A DNA stretch of 64,000 bases from Octopus sinensis (GCF_006345805.1 NC_043007.1:9300001-9364000); one strand, 5' to 3'. Positions 24,340-36,854 are shown, numbered from the stretch's first letter. The notes: generated by a model from the letters alone, not told the origin. Translations and numbers: made by a program.

Positions 24340-25445
24340 ATGGAAATGACAAAGGAGCATAATCGGCATACTTTACATTATGAGTTCAATAAAGGCAATA
24401 ACGAAAGGGAAAGTGCGTGGAATATTAATGCAGGATATGGCGATCGGGGGATAAGTGCAATCCAGTCTCAAAAGTGGTTCCAGAAGATCCGAGCCAGAAA
24501 CTTCTGCATAGAAGACGAGCCTCGTCCCGGAAGAGCTGTAGAGCTGACGAGGACGTCCTGCAAACCATGGTGGAACAAAATTCCATCGTAGCTGTTGAGG
24601 GACTAGCAGAGAAGCTTGGATTTGGCCATTCAACCAGTCATTTAAGTCAGCACTGTGGAGGCGCAATGGTCCAGTGGTTAGGGCAGCGGACACGCGGTCT
24701 TAGGATCGCGGTTTCGATTCCCAGACCGGGCGTTGTGAGTGTTTATTGAGCGAAAACACCTAAAAGCTCCACGAGGCTCCGGCAGGGGATGGTGGTGATC
24801 CCTGCTGTACTCTTTCACCACAACTTTCTCTCACTCTTACTTCCTGTTTCTGTTGTACCTGTATTTCAAAGGGCCGGCCTTGTCACTCTCTGTGTCACGC
24901 TGAATAACCCCGAGAACTACGTTAAGGGTACACGTGTCTGTGGAGTGCTCAGCCACTTACGCGTTAATTTCACCAGCAGGCTGTTCCGTTGATTCGGATC
25001 AACCGGAACCCTCGTCGTCGTAACCGACGGAGTGCTTCCATCCATCCATAAGTCAGCACTAAAAGAAGAAATTACCATATTTGGTTTCAAGAAGCGCAGT
25101 GTTCTTCCATCAGGTTAATGCTCGGCCGCATATAGCGAGAATTACATTCCAAAGGCTGGAGCAGTTTGAATGGGAAACTATGACCACTCACCATATTTGC
25201 CGGATATTGACCCATCTGATTATCAGATTTTGCGCAGTCTTCAAAATCATTTGGGCGGAAAAAATATAAATTCTAGACGAGATCAGAACAGTAGTGGGGG
25301 AATATTTTTCGTCACGTGCAAGTGAATTTTGGAAGAGGTGCCTTACATTTCTACCAGATAGATGGAAGAGCGTTGTAGAAATTGAAGGCGAGTATATTTT
25401 TGATTAAAAAAGAACATTGTTTATCTTAGTTTTGAAAAATAAAAG
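24340..25445 (+). mobile_element. Internally deleted mariner, same family as 22836-23835, interrupted by a SINE
   Basis: MEMTKEHNRHTLHYEFNKGNN...IEDEPRPGRAVE, then after the SINE VFFHQVNARPH and PDIDPSDYQILRSLQNH. Confidence 0.9.
24655..25048 (+). mobile_element. tRNA-headed SINE family C (tail type 1) with 12-bp TSD
   Basis: Head GTGGAGGCGCAATGGTCCAGTGGTTAGGGCAGCGG...GGTTTCGATTCCC. TSD TAAGTCAGCACT at 24643-24654 and 25049-25060. (TCCA)3 tail. Confidence 0.9.
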
Positions 25446-26113
25446 TGTGGAAAATGCCGGAAACTAGGTAATGTTTCGATTTGCTTCTAAAATTTCACTA
25501 TCGTCCCATGATTCACGCATGCGTAGAATTCTACTCTGACAAATATTTATGAAAATTTACACATAACATTGTATCAAAATAAGCGAAAACCAAAACAATT
25601 TTATTAAAAGACACCCATTTGTCTATGTTATGCGGAAATACAGTCACTCACACTCTGTTTCAAATGTACACGCACACATATATACAAAAAAGATGTATGC
25701 ATATGTATTTATGCACCTGTATATGACAGATAATGTGTATGTGTGTGCGTGTGAGAGAGAGAGAGAGCGAGTGCCACTTACACATATATGCAAAAAATAC
25801 GTACGTAACAACACACGCCTTCATTCACTCTCTCTCTCTTCTCTCTACCCGCCCACACGCACTTCCATTTTATATACACGTACATACATCTTTCCCTTTC
25901 TACTCTATTTCACTTTCTCCTCTCAATTCAAAGCAAATGTCACTTTTTTACTTTCTCCTCTCTTTCAGTTTTTGCTCTCTTTAAAGCTTAAAGAAATTTA
26001 AAAAGATGCGGAATTTAGCGAACGATCATATGATCCCCTGTGATCGGCCATATGATCAAGCTGACAACTTTGTTGCTTCAAACGAAAGAATGCCATAATA
26101 TAACTTTCCTTTG

Positions 26114-26150
<37 letters not shown>

Positions 26151-26650
26151 CTAGGTAAATGTTTATACGAATTATGATATTTCTTGCTTTGTGCCCGCGC
26201 AAATTTACAGCTCAAAACTAATTGAAATGATCATTTTCTTTTCTGTAAGATCTGCCTTTGATGAGTCTATTTTAAAATCTGATCATCGATATAAACTTAA
26301 TAAGAAGTTTTCCTAGAAATCCTGTCCTTTACCGGTTGTTCTAGCATGCCCAAGGTGATATTTACGCCCTACCTTTATTTATTTATTCAATTTCGTCCGA
26401 TTCCTATATTTTCGATACTGCAGAGTAGCATTTTGCCCAAAACACGCGTTCTCAATATTTTAATTTCTTCAGTTTTACATTTCTCTTAATTTTTACTTTT
26501 TTCCCCCAATTTTTTCTTGGTAATCCAAGGAGAAAAAGAAAAAAAACACAGTACGAATCTTTAAGAATATACTTCCTGTTCTTTTTTTTTAAAAAAAAAG
26601 CAGTAAAACCTCCTTCCCAAACATCCATCCATCATCTCATCACTTTCAAA

Positions 26651-26754
26651 ATGCTACAAACTTCTAATGTTTCACTTTTAGCCTTATGGAAAGTGGGAAC
26701 GTTCTTCAGAAGCAATGTGATTTATCTGTTATTTGTATCATATCGGGTTCTCAG
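26651..26754 (+). CDS. Candidate first coding exon (hydrophobic N-terminus), unverified
   Basis: CAAAATG context, MLQTSNVSLLALWKVGTFFRSNVIYLLFVSYRVL, donor CAG|GTAGTG, in mostly unique sequence. Confidence 0.2.
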
Positions 26755-27194
26755 GTAGTGGTCTGGTATTTTTTACGTCTGCTATTTTAGAAAAATTCTA
26801 CGCATGCGCAGGAAATGAAATAAGATACTAGATATATTAACACCTAGTTCCTATTATATTTTAGCCTAGATTCAAATAAGCGCGACTGGAAGAATGAATA
26901 TATATATATATCTCCTAAAGTTACAACTAAGAAAAGAAACCTCTGTTTACTTTAAATATCTCATTATTTTTCTTTAAATATTACCTACTGACGATTACAA
27001 ATTTGACTATTATGCTGTTTTATTTATGAATGTCATGGTGCATTTGTGTTAAACAATTGCAGAAAAATATGAAGATAAAAACTGAAATACATTTTAACGT
27101 TCAGTCTCCTCCATTTCATAAATATGAATGAATTTGTTGAACATCGTTTAATAAGTTGAGTCATATACTGCTTATACATACTTACATCTATACG

Positions 27195-27225
<31 letters not shown>

Positions 27226-27842
27226 TTAATATACTGTTTAAATTTATTTGCTTATTTATTTAACTAGCTTCATTAACCTGAAGATTGACTATAATTTTAA
27301 TTCGAATTTTTAATTAAAAAAAATTAAAATTAAAAGTTTAAAAATTTATAAATTTAAAATTTAAAATATAAAATTATAAAAATTTATAAATATAAATTTA
27401 AAAATTTCATATTTTAATAATTTAAATTTTAAAGTTTATATTTTATATATATTTTGTATATTATATCAATTATATTTATTTTATGTTTTGGTTTATGTCT
27501 ATCACTGTTTGAGTTGCCTAATAGTGGTTTTACCTCTAATTTATATATATATATATATATATATATATGCATGTGTGGGCAGCGAATGTCACGAAACGTG
27601 TACAACAAAATCTACGAAGAACGAGTAAATGGAATATGAACTATTTTTTCGAACAACGAAAAGCAAAATGGAAAACAAGACAAAAAACTTAAAGAATGAC
27701 CCTTCATCACTTGTTGGGTGCTTTTTCTACTCTTGAATTTCTAGCATTTCACAACAAGATACGATTTCGATAAAACAGCTGCTCCCACAATGTAAATAAA
27801 ATAAAAATTGGCAATTTGCGGAGGGTCAAAAGGCTTCGAAGC

Positions 27843-27912
27843 CTAAACGAGGCTGTGGCGACGAACCCATAACTCAAGCTTAGACAGGACAAAAACATCT
27901 TCCTTGATCCAG
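27843..27912 (-). CDS. Candidate terminal coding exon, unverified
   Basis: Strong acceptor TGTTTCTTTCTCTCCGTTGTAG|. One frame reads WIKEDVFVLSKLELWVRRHSLV-stop. Confidence 0.2.
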
Positions 27913-27974
27913 CTACAACGGAGAGAAAGAAACACAATTTAGGAGAAGAAAGGAAAACGGTCGATTATATATAT

Positions 27975-28024
<50 letters not shown>

Positions 28025-28674
28025 AACAATAAATTAAATTAAATAGAGAGATACAAATGAGAATCCAATAATTTATTTTTATTATAATACAGCATAATAT
28101 ACTATGAGTATAATATAATATAACAAACAATTATGTAAAAAAAACAAAAAAGCCAACAATTTGTTTCGACTTGTATACATTTTTCGATATATAAACAATT
28201 CAATTCCCTTTTATATAAGCCTCGGCAGGGCTATGTAGATAAACGAAATTCAGTGTGAAAGAATTGCTGGATTGTAAAGACAATTCAAATGCCTATATAT
28301 GATGAGAGTGAGCGTTAGCCATTCAACTACAATTCAATTACGTTAAAAATTTAAAAAGCAAGAAAATTATAACGTACAAAATAACTAAGTATAATCTATA
28401 ACTATAGAAATATATCTCTATATATCTCATATGATATCACTCCAAACTCGTTTATGTCTCAGACAATCTTCCGCTATTATAATAACACAACAATAATGTA
28501 TATATATGTAATTAAGTATCAGTATCTTACTTAATCTAGAAACTGTAATAAAACATGTAAAAAATATAAATGATTATTATATATTTAATGTATTATAACT
28601 CTTGTATTTATTTAAAGTTATTGATATAAAAAAATTTTGTTTAAAGTAGATAATAAAAATTGTTCTATATTTAT

Positions 28675-29833
28675 TGTTTATCTGAGGGAGAACAGAAAAT
28701 TAACAAAAAATTATTTGTTTACTTAAATTGTCGCAGGGAAAATTGCGTAATAAATATGAAGATAATTTCAAAGCTACAAACACTATTACAAATTGCCGGT
28801 AGATGTAGATTTAGGCTATAATAATTCTTATGAAATTATTAGCTTTTTTGATATAATGATATTTGAAGTTACTTAAATAAGGATTATTATTCGTATATTA
28901 TTGAAGGGAAAACTCAGTAAATATAAGTAATATAAACAAAACAATATTCGAGCATTGGTCCTCGATAAGTATAATATGTTATTTAATTAAAAGACTATAT
29001 GTAGTATATATCCAAATTTTATTAATTCTTATATTTATTAATCATTATATAAGTAATTCATTATGAATTACATATTACAAATAAGATGTCTTCATTATGC
29101 TAAATAATTATATGTATAAATATATTCATTTAAAATTATTAATCAAGTGATGATGATTATAATATTAATAATAGTAGTAGTAGTAATAATAAATAAATAA
29201 ATATTATTATTTAACTTACTAACAAAATTTAATAACCACAATAATAATTATTATAGTATTATATATTTTATAGCTTGTATTCTTATTACAACAATATTAT
29301 TATGTTACTTTGTGGAGGCACATAGCCGAGTGGTAAGAACAGCGGACTCGCGATCGCGGGTTCGAATCTCAGACTGGGTGATGTGTGTGTTTATGAGCGA
29401 AAACACCTAAGCCCCATGCGGCTCTGGCAGAAGGTAATGGCGAACTTCTTCTGACTCTTTCGCTATAACTTTCTCTCCCACTTTCCTCTTGTAGCTCACC
29501 TCCTACGAACCAGCGTCCCATCCAAGTGGGGAAACTATACCCCAACGAAACCGGGAAACCGGCCCTTATAAGGGAGGTGTGGCTCGGGAAGGAACAAACA
29601 ACAACAATAATATGTTATTTATAAATAAAAAAATAAATAACAATGGGATATTTAAGCAGCTTCACATCTCGTTATTTCTTATTTAAGTAACTTCAAATCT
29701 CGTTATTTCTGAAAAACTTGTAACATTTTGATATCCAATATTAAAGCCTAAATATATATATATATACGTGGTATTTTTATAATAATGTTTGTAGCTCTAA
29801 ATTTATCTATTACGGAGTTTTCCCTCAGATAAA
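28675..29833. mobile_element. Old long-TIR non-autonomous DNA transposon (diverged ~150-200-bp inverted arms)
   Basis: Perfect 21-bp match between 28861-28881 and the reverse complement of 29678-29698, plus AGCTACAAACA and TTATCTGAGGGA blocks. Confidence 0.55.
29312..29605 (+). mobile_element. SINE family C (tail type 2)
   Basis: Same head as 24655. Tail GAAACCGGCCCTTAT...GGCTCGGGAAGGAACAAACAACAAC. Approximate TSD TATGTTAYTT. Confidence 0.85.
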
Positions 29834-30009
29834 AAAAAAACATTACTGTTACGTATTTCTTCATGTAACCGTATAGAGGTTAAGTACCTTCAGTCACGAG
29901 ATTACGACGAGTCACCTATACTTCTAATTGCTTTAGAGATGCGATACCAATGGTTACTATATGACCAGCCATAACTTTTAACTTCCTAATATATATATAT
30001 ACTTTTATT

Positions 30010-30408
30010 GCTTTATCCTTTTATTTGTTTCAGTCATTTGACTGCGGCCATGCTGGAGCACCACCTTTAGTCGAGCAAATCGACCCCAGGACTTATTCTT
30101 TGTAAGCCCAGTACTTATTCTAACCGTCTCTTTTTGCCGAACCGCTAGATGACGGGGACGTAAACACACTAGCATCGGTTGTCATGCTATGTTGGGTGTA
30201 CAAACATATACACACACAAACATATACACACACATACATATATATATGTATATACATATATACGATAGGCTTCTTCTCTCACAAGGCTTTAGTCAGCCCG
30301 AGGCTAGAGTAGAAGACACTCGCCCAAGGTTCCACGCAGTGGGACTGAACTCGGAACCATGTGTTTTGTAAGCAAGCTACTTACCACACGGCCACTCCTA
30401 CACCTATA
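30010..30408 (-). mobile_element. SINE family B, near full length
   Basis: tRNA-like head, CCTTGGGCGAGTGTCTTCTACT core, internal microsatellite, tail CAGCATGGCCGCAGTCAAATGACTGAAACAA. Confidence 0.9.
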
Positions 30409-30414
30409 GTATAT

Positions 30415-30438
30415 ATATATATACTGTATATATGCTAA

Positions 30439-30483
<45 letters not shown>

Positions 30484-30574
30484 ATATATAATATATATAT
30501 ATATATATTATATATATATACACATATATATATATACACATATATATATATACATATATATTCATATATATATA

Positions 30575-30632
<58 letters not shown>

Positions 30633-30680
30633 CATACATATATATACACACCACACTCACACACATATATATATATATAT
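30415..30680. repeat. (TA)n-rich microsatellite
   Basis: Direct reading. Confidence 0.95.
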
Positions 30681-31121
30681 GAATGTATGTATTATAACGA
30701 TTGATGGTCATGAATGGAATGTCTTTAATCCTAGTTTTGCTCGATCGAATGTTGACCGAGGGCTGAGCAGGAACAACGATGACAACCCACGCATCCATCG
30801 TCGTAAAATAAAAAAAAAGCAACAACAACATAAATACCATAATGTAAACAATCAACTAATTGAAGCTAATGTATTGGAAGCAATAAATCAACACGAAACG
30901 GGAAAAATTCAATGGACTTTCAGATATTCTGACAACAACGGCAGCAGCAGTAGCAGCGGTAGCAGCAGCAGCGCTTACAGGAGTAAGAGCTGTAGTGGCA
31001 GCGCTAACAAGAACAACAGCAACCACAACGCTTACTACAAGTCCAGCGACATAAAATAGAAAAAAATGTGTGCGAAAATAGTACTATTCATACTATCACG
31101 AGCATGTCTGCGAGTAAATTT

Positions 31122-31178
<57 letters not shown>

Positions 31179-31409
31179 CAGCAGCAGCAGCAGCAGAAGC
31201 AGTTTTAGTAGTAGTTATAGTAGTAGTAGTTATAGTAGTAGTAGTAATAGTAGTAGTAGTAGTGGTAGTAATAGTAGTAGTAGTAGCAGTAGTAGTAGTA
31301 GCAGTAGTAGTAGTGGTAGTAGTAATAGCAGTAGCAGAAGCAGTTTTAGTAGTAGTTATAGTAGTAGTAGTTATAGTATTATTATTATTATTAGTAGTAG
31401 TAGTAGTAA

Positions 31410-31447
<38 letters not shown>

Positions 31448-31547
31448 AGACTAATAGAAATAATATTAATAGTGAAGATGTAGAAGAAGAAGAAGAAGAA
31501 GAAGAAGAAGAAGAAGAAGAAGAAGAAGAAGAAGAAGAAGAAGAAGA
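31122..31547. repeat. (AGT)n compound tract with internal duplication, followed by (GAA)n
   Basis: AGCAGAAGCAGTTTTAGTAGTAGTTATAGT occurs twice. Confidence 0.95.
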
Positions 31548-32099
31548 AAATGATATAGAAATATCATGATGTTCATCCCCATCCTCCGCAGTAGCAGCAG
31601 CAGCAGCGGCAACAACAACAACAACAATGACAACTACCACAGCGACAGAAACAATAATAATAAAAACAGCAAGGTCAGCAATACGAACACAAAAAATACG
31701 ACGGCATCGCCGATGATTGTAACAATGCAACGAGAAGGCGCCATTGCACAAAATAATCAAAGAAGACGGTTAAATGCGATCGATGGCAGTGTAAGAAAAC
31801 GTGTGCTAATCAAGAACGATAAATCTGTTCAATTAGTCTTATATTCCAAGGTTAACCTGAGATTAAACAAATCGATGGCTATCAGCTGCAACGGCTAACA
31901 CTTGAATGCTGAGTTTCCTGTCAAATAATACTCAATACTTAATTTGTTGTTATCTCCCTTTTTGACAATTGAGTTGCTCACAATTGGCTCTAGACGCTTC
32001 TGAAAATTTCATTCACTAGCTAAGAGGTAAATTTCAATTAATTTAGAAAATTTTTGCCTACCTCATTCAGTGCGACGTTACCTATCAAAGCCACGGAAT

Positions 32100-32560
32100 G
32101 CATATCCCTTTACAGCAAACACATCAAAGACCTGATGCAAGTAAAACGTCTGCATCTGTGCTCTATCTTGCATGTGAGATGGCAGGATCGCATTTCTGAT
32201 GTAGAGAACCTGCCCTGAACTGGATTTGCGCAGTTAGTGTGGAGGCTATCATTACCACATCGCAGTTGCGATGGGCGGGAAACTTTGCAGGACAGTGGTT
32301 GGCAGGTGCCGAAATGCAGTTTTTTCGCTGAATTGGGCCAAAGCAGGCAGAACCGTGGTGGCCAGTATTCGTGATACACGGATGTGTTGAAAATATATAT
32401 GAAGAACTTCCCAGACACCTGGGAGGAGAAGGCTCGCTGAAGCTGGTAATCCTAGCCATTGAGCAAAAACAACAAACAGAACAAGAAGCAGCAGATGAGA
32501 GGCGTTGCTTCTCCGTTGCGTCAAGTAGCTACACCTACAGCATATGTCATGATCAAAATC
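32100..32560 (+). mobile_element. RTE-clade LINE ORF C-terminal remnant
   Basis: Frameshifted LYSKHIK...SILHVRWQDRISDVE...EAIITTSQLRWAG...FAELGQSRQNRGGQY..YTDVLK matches the post-RT region of RTE elements. Confidence 0.85.
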
Positions 32561-33124
32561 ATACCTTGTTGCCCAGATTCGAGGCCCGTTAGAGATTATT
32601 TTTGAACAAGAAGAGTCAACGTCGACAAAAGACAGACAGACGAAGACATATCTAAGTAATTATATATGAAGTAACGGAAACCACTTTCTTATTCGCTCTC
32701 TTTTTCTTTCCTTGCTTTTTGTTATATAGCCACACGCAAGGAATTATGCCTGTCGGAGTGTTAATTTTCAAACTCACCGAAACTGAATTGAAGTAGTATT
32801 AAATTTCCGAGCATCAGTTTTTTTCCTGAATGAACTACAGCAGAGTGGGTTTATCTAATGGTAGCCAAAGGCACAAATTAGTGTTAATCTGAGGGAAATA
32901 GCCTGTGTAGACTAACAGCAGAGGGAATAGAATTTAAATGTTTATTCCCCAGTTAAAACAAGATGAATCTGATTTTAAAAGGGAAAGAAAATGGAAAATG
33001 AAATACAGAATTCGAATTAAACTTGTTACGAAATGTTACTAGATGGAACATGATAGAAATAGAAACAAGATCAGATCATCTTCAGATCTCACAAGTAATT
33101 AGAATATATATCTAGTCTTGTGCC

Positions 33125-33251
33125 GTGTATGGGTTTAATTGTGTTTCTTATTTCTTTTTTGCTCACAAGGGGCTAAACATAGAGGGGACAAACAAGGATA
33201 GACAAAGGGATTGAACGATTAGATCGACCCAGTGCGTAACTGGTACTTAAT
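33125..33251 (-). repeat. Local duplicate of SINE A tail plus flank (copy of 33757-33883)
   Basis: Shares the unique flank GTGTATGGGTTTAATTGTGTTTCTT and the same diagnostic deletions. Confidence 0.85.
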
Positions 33252-33382
33252 CACGATAGATATCCGAAATAGACGAAACTTAGCGTTAGCTGCAGTGAGC
33301 CTCGTGGAATCTTTTCAGTGATGCGTATTCGCAACTAGCGAAATATCGTCTCATTCCGATATTCTCATTGGAAATATATACA

Positions 33383-33520
33383 GGTGCAGGCGTGGCTGAG
33401 CGGAAAAGAAGATTGGTTACCAACCATATGATTCTGTGTTCAGTCGCATTGTGTGACATACTGGGCAAGTGTCTTTTACTATATCTTCGAGCCGACCAAA
33501 GCCTTGGTAGGCACAAACTG
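33383..33520 (+). mobile_element. SINE family B head fragment
   Basis: AGGTGCAGGCGTGGCTGAG...ACCAACCATATG...GGGCAAGTGTCTT...GCCGACCAAAGCCTTG. Confidence 0.7.
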
Positions 33521-33779
33521 AAAGATGCTCGTAATAGTGTGCCTCACGGGACGAGAGTTTTGTGCGTTGGCACATATCAAATTAGTGCCAATGCACGACA
33601 GCCTCCAAGTCAAATTTTAATGTGAAAAATATGAATGAAGCTCTAATTTTTGCATGGAAAAAATTGAGGTTCCAAATATTCTTTGAAAAAAAAAAGCCAT
33701 TTTTTTTTTTTTTCATATTCAATTCTTCAGATATTTTTATGCATGTGTGTTCATCAGTGTATGGGTTTAATTGTGTTTC

Positions 33780-34010
33780 TTGTTTCTTTATTGCTCACAA
33801 GGGGCTAAACTTAGAGGGGACAAACAATGACAGACAAAGGGATTAAACGATTAGATCGACCCAGTGCCTAACTGGTACTTAATTTATCGACCCCGAAAGG
33901 ATGAAAGGCAAAGTCGACCTCGGCGCAATTTGAAATCAGAACGTAACCACAGACGAAACACCGCTAAGCATTTCGCTCGGTGTGCTAACGTTTCTGCCAG
34001 CTCGCCGCTT
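33780..34010 (-). mobile_element. SINE family A, full monomer
   Basis: Head, core and tail all present. Confidence 0.9.
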
Positions 34011-34014
34011 TACT

Positions 34015-34650
34015 TGTGTTTTTCTCTGTCTGTCTGTCTGTCTGTCTATCTGTCTCTCTCTCTCTCTCTCTCTTTGTCTCGCTATCTCTCTCTGTTCTCC
34101 TGCAACTGTTTGTCAGTCTTTTTCTTTCTGTCTCTCTCTCTCTCTCTGTTTCTCTCTCTTTTCCTCTGTGTTTGTCAGTCTTTCTCTTGATGTCCCTCTC
34201 TTTCTCTCTCTCTGTTTTTCTCGCTATCTCTCTCTGTTCTCCTGCAATCGTTTGTTAGTCTTTCTCTTGATGTCTCTATCTCTCTCTCTCTGTGTTTTTT
34301 TCTCCTCCTGTTACTCTCTCTCTCTCTCTGTCTGTTCCTCTCCGTCTGTTTGTCAGTCTTTCTCTTTCTGTCTCTCTCTGCTTGTATCTCTCTCTCCACC
34401 TCTCCGTCTGTTTTTCAGTCTGTCTTTCTGTCTCTCTCCTTTTTTTTTTCTCTCTCTCTCTGTTCCTCACTGTTTGTCAGTCTTTCTCTTTCTCTGTCTA
34501 TCTGTCTCTCTCTCTCTCTCTCTTTCTCTGTTCCGCTCGACCTGTTTTTCAGTCTTTTTTTTCTGTCTCCCTCTGTTTGTCTCTCTCTTTGTTCCTCTCT
34601 CTTTCTCTCTCTCACTCTCTCCCTATCTTGCTTTGTGTTCCTCCTTTCCC
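34015..34650. repeat. CT-rich compound mini/microsatellite
   Basis: Recurrent TTTGTCAGTCTTTCTCTT units among (CT)n/(CTGT)n. Confidence 0.9.
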
Positions 34651-35188
34651 CCATATGTCAACCGAACAAATGCTCATCAAAGACATTCTTCTCAGAGCGA
34701 CCCTATCAAATCAAACTGAAACCCATGTACATTAGATACTCACTAAAACAGACGAATGATTCATAATGACGTATCGAAACCACAGATCATTGGTTAACTC
34801 TGGATCAGTTTCGTAAGGCAAGTAATATTACACTATATTTAAACTATTGAGTACATTCCTTTCCGATTAATATTTCATAATTCTGTAAAACTACATGTAT
34901 GTACGTGTGTGTGTGTCTGTTAATGTTTGTATATACGGTTGTATATATATATATTGTCTACGCATGCATTTATCTGTGTGTGTCTGTGAGACATCCAGTG
35001 TGCGATAAACACGTATATTTATATTAGACAAAGAAAAATACTCATTTCAAGTTTTATTGACGTATAAATATTTTACGTCCTTATTTGGCATTTTTTAATT
35101 TTGTTTTCCAATGCTTTGACTTGATCTTCGAAACATTTAAACATATTTATTGTTGGCATATAAGATTCATGTTCTTACACACACACAC

Positions 35189-35219
<31 letters not shown>

Positions 35220-35308
35220 ATATATATATATATACATACCCGCCTCAATTTCCTTGTTGAAATTGTTCCATATCCAACTTCCTATCTATTACGATAACTA
35301 TCTCTCAC

Positions 35309-35380
35309 CAACGTTCATTGATAAAGCGCCGTTGGGAATCAGGCGAGCATTCAATGCATCTCTACAATAGAAATACTCTG
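35309..35380 (-). CDS. Candidate internal exon (72 nt, phase 1-1), unverified
   Basis: Acceptor CTTTCATTGACTTTTCAG|, donor TTG|GTGAGA. Only one frame is open: EYFYCRDALNARLIPNGALSMNV. Confidence 0.25.
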
Positions 35381-36162
35381 CTGAAAAGTCAATGAAAGTC
35401 TTATCTTTATCGTTTGGCATTAATGTCGACGGGTTATCCGTCCAGTTTTTCAATGTAACCCAAGACATCGAGCTATCAAACTAAGGAAATTGCGACGCAA
35501 AATGTAATTTCAGTATCATGACAAGACTGTCAACTAATTAACCAGATATACTAGAGAGACATAATTACGATCTGGTGGTGATGGTGGTGGAGATGGGAAT
35601 GGAAGTGTTGTTGTTCTAGGAAAGTAGAATGGGTGAATGGGAAGGAGGATAAGGAGGAGTAGGAGATTCGCAATCGAAATAAGGCACATAGCAAGAATGA
35701 AGGCTGTAGAAATATTGGATGCATTGTAAAAGTTATTTTTGTGTCTGTGTCTGTTTATATTGTGCAAAGACAGAAACTGAGATCACGTGAGATGCGGACA
35801 AATATATTGAGAAGCTGAGGAATGAAGGAGAGCATGCTAAGAAGAGCAATATAACAGAATAAGTGTAGGGGATACAGTTGGAGAGACTGAAGAACGAAGC
35901 AGAACACACAACAGATCGGGCAAAGCGAAGGAAAGTATAGTTTATCTTTCATTTCTTTAAGTTACTCGATGGCGCCCATGCTGGGGCACCATCCTGATGA
36001 GTTTTTCTTTGAAGGATTGACTCCAGTATTTAGATTTAGCAACTGTACATACTCTATCGTTCTCTTTTACCGAACCTTGTGATTAGAACAGGTAGAGAAA
36101 CCGATAGGGGTTGCCTAGAGGTAAAGATGGACATGTGTGTATGTATTTATGTATGTATATAT

Positions 36163-36224
<62 letters not shown>

Positions 36225-36233
36225 TGCGTGCGT

Positions 36234-36262
<29 letters not shown>

Positions 36263-36264
<2 letters not shown>

Positions 36265-36520
36265 AAGGCGCATGGCGCACTGGTTAGAGCATCGACCATA
36301 CGAATTTGAGGTTGCGAGTTCGATTCCCGAACAGGGCTGCGTGTTGTGTTCTTGAGCAAGACACTTTATTTCACGTTGCTCCAGTTCACTCAGCTGTAGA
36401 AATGTGTTGCGACATCACTGGTACCAAGCTGTATCAGCCTTTGCCTTTCCCTCAGATAACATCGGTGGCGTGAAGGTGGAATGTTGGTATGCATGGGCGA
36501 ATTCTGGTCTCCCATAACTT
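36263..36520 (+). mobile_element. tRNA-headed SINE family D
   Basis: A-box TGGCGCACTGG, B-box GAGTTCGATTCCC, then TTCTTGAGCAAGACACTTTATTTCACGTTGCTCCAGTTCACTCAGCTGTA. Confidence 0.8.
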
Positions 36521-36557
36521 GTTGATCTTTTGCCAGATTTTGAAACCTACAATATCA

Positions 36558-36675
<118 letters not shown>

Positions 36676-36854
36676 CTGAATGGAAACAATATTGACCAAG
36701 GTTACCGTGGTCTTTTTCGTAGGCTTTTCTTCCCACGGATAAACCTTACTTGCTTTCCCCTTTACACCATACATCATCACACTGTGATACACGATCCCTA
36801 TTGATCGTTTTCTTTTCCTCTTCCCCTTTTTTTCCTCTTTTTTCTTCTTTTTTC

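Noticed and set aside
24655-24735. Genuine tRNA genes at SINE heads (also 29312, 36263, 44917, 61578)
   Set aside because: A and B boxes are present, but the acceptor stems do not close and each continues into a SINE body with TSDs.
27278-27315. CTGAAGA...CGAAT hammerhead-like remnant in AT-rich repeat
   Set aside because: GAAA and the cleavage triplet are lost, so it is too degenerate to call.
30679-31059. 126-codon non-microsatellite part of ORF 30439-31059
   Set aside because: Low-complexity (AAC/AGC-rich), no splice signals or recognisable domain. Such composition is naturally stop-poor.
33982-34766. Long Leu/Ser/Phe ORFs resembling membrane proteins
   Set aside because: (CT)n-derived. 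The same applies to 41551-42361.
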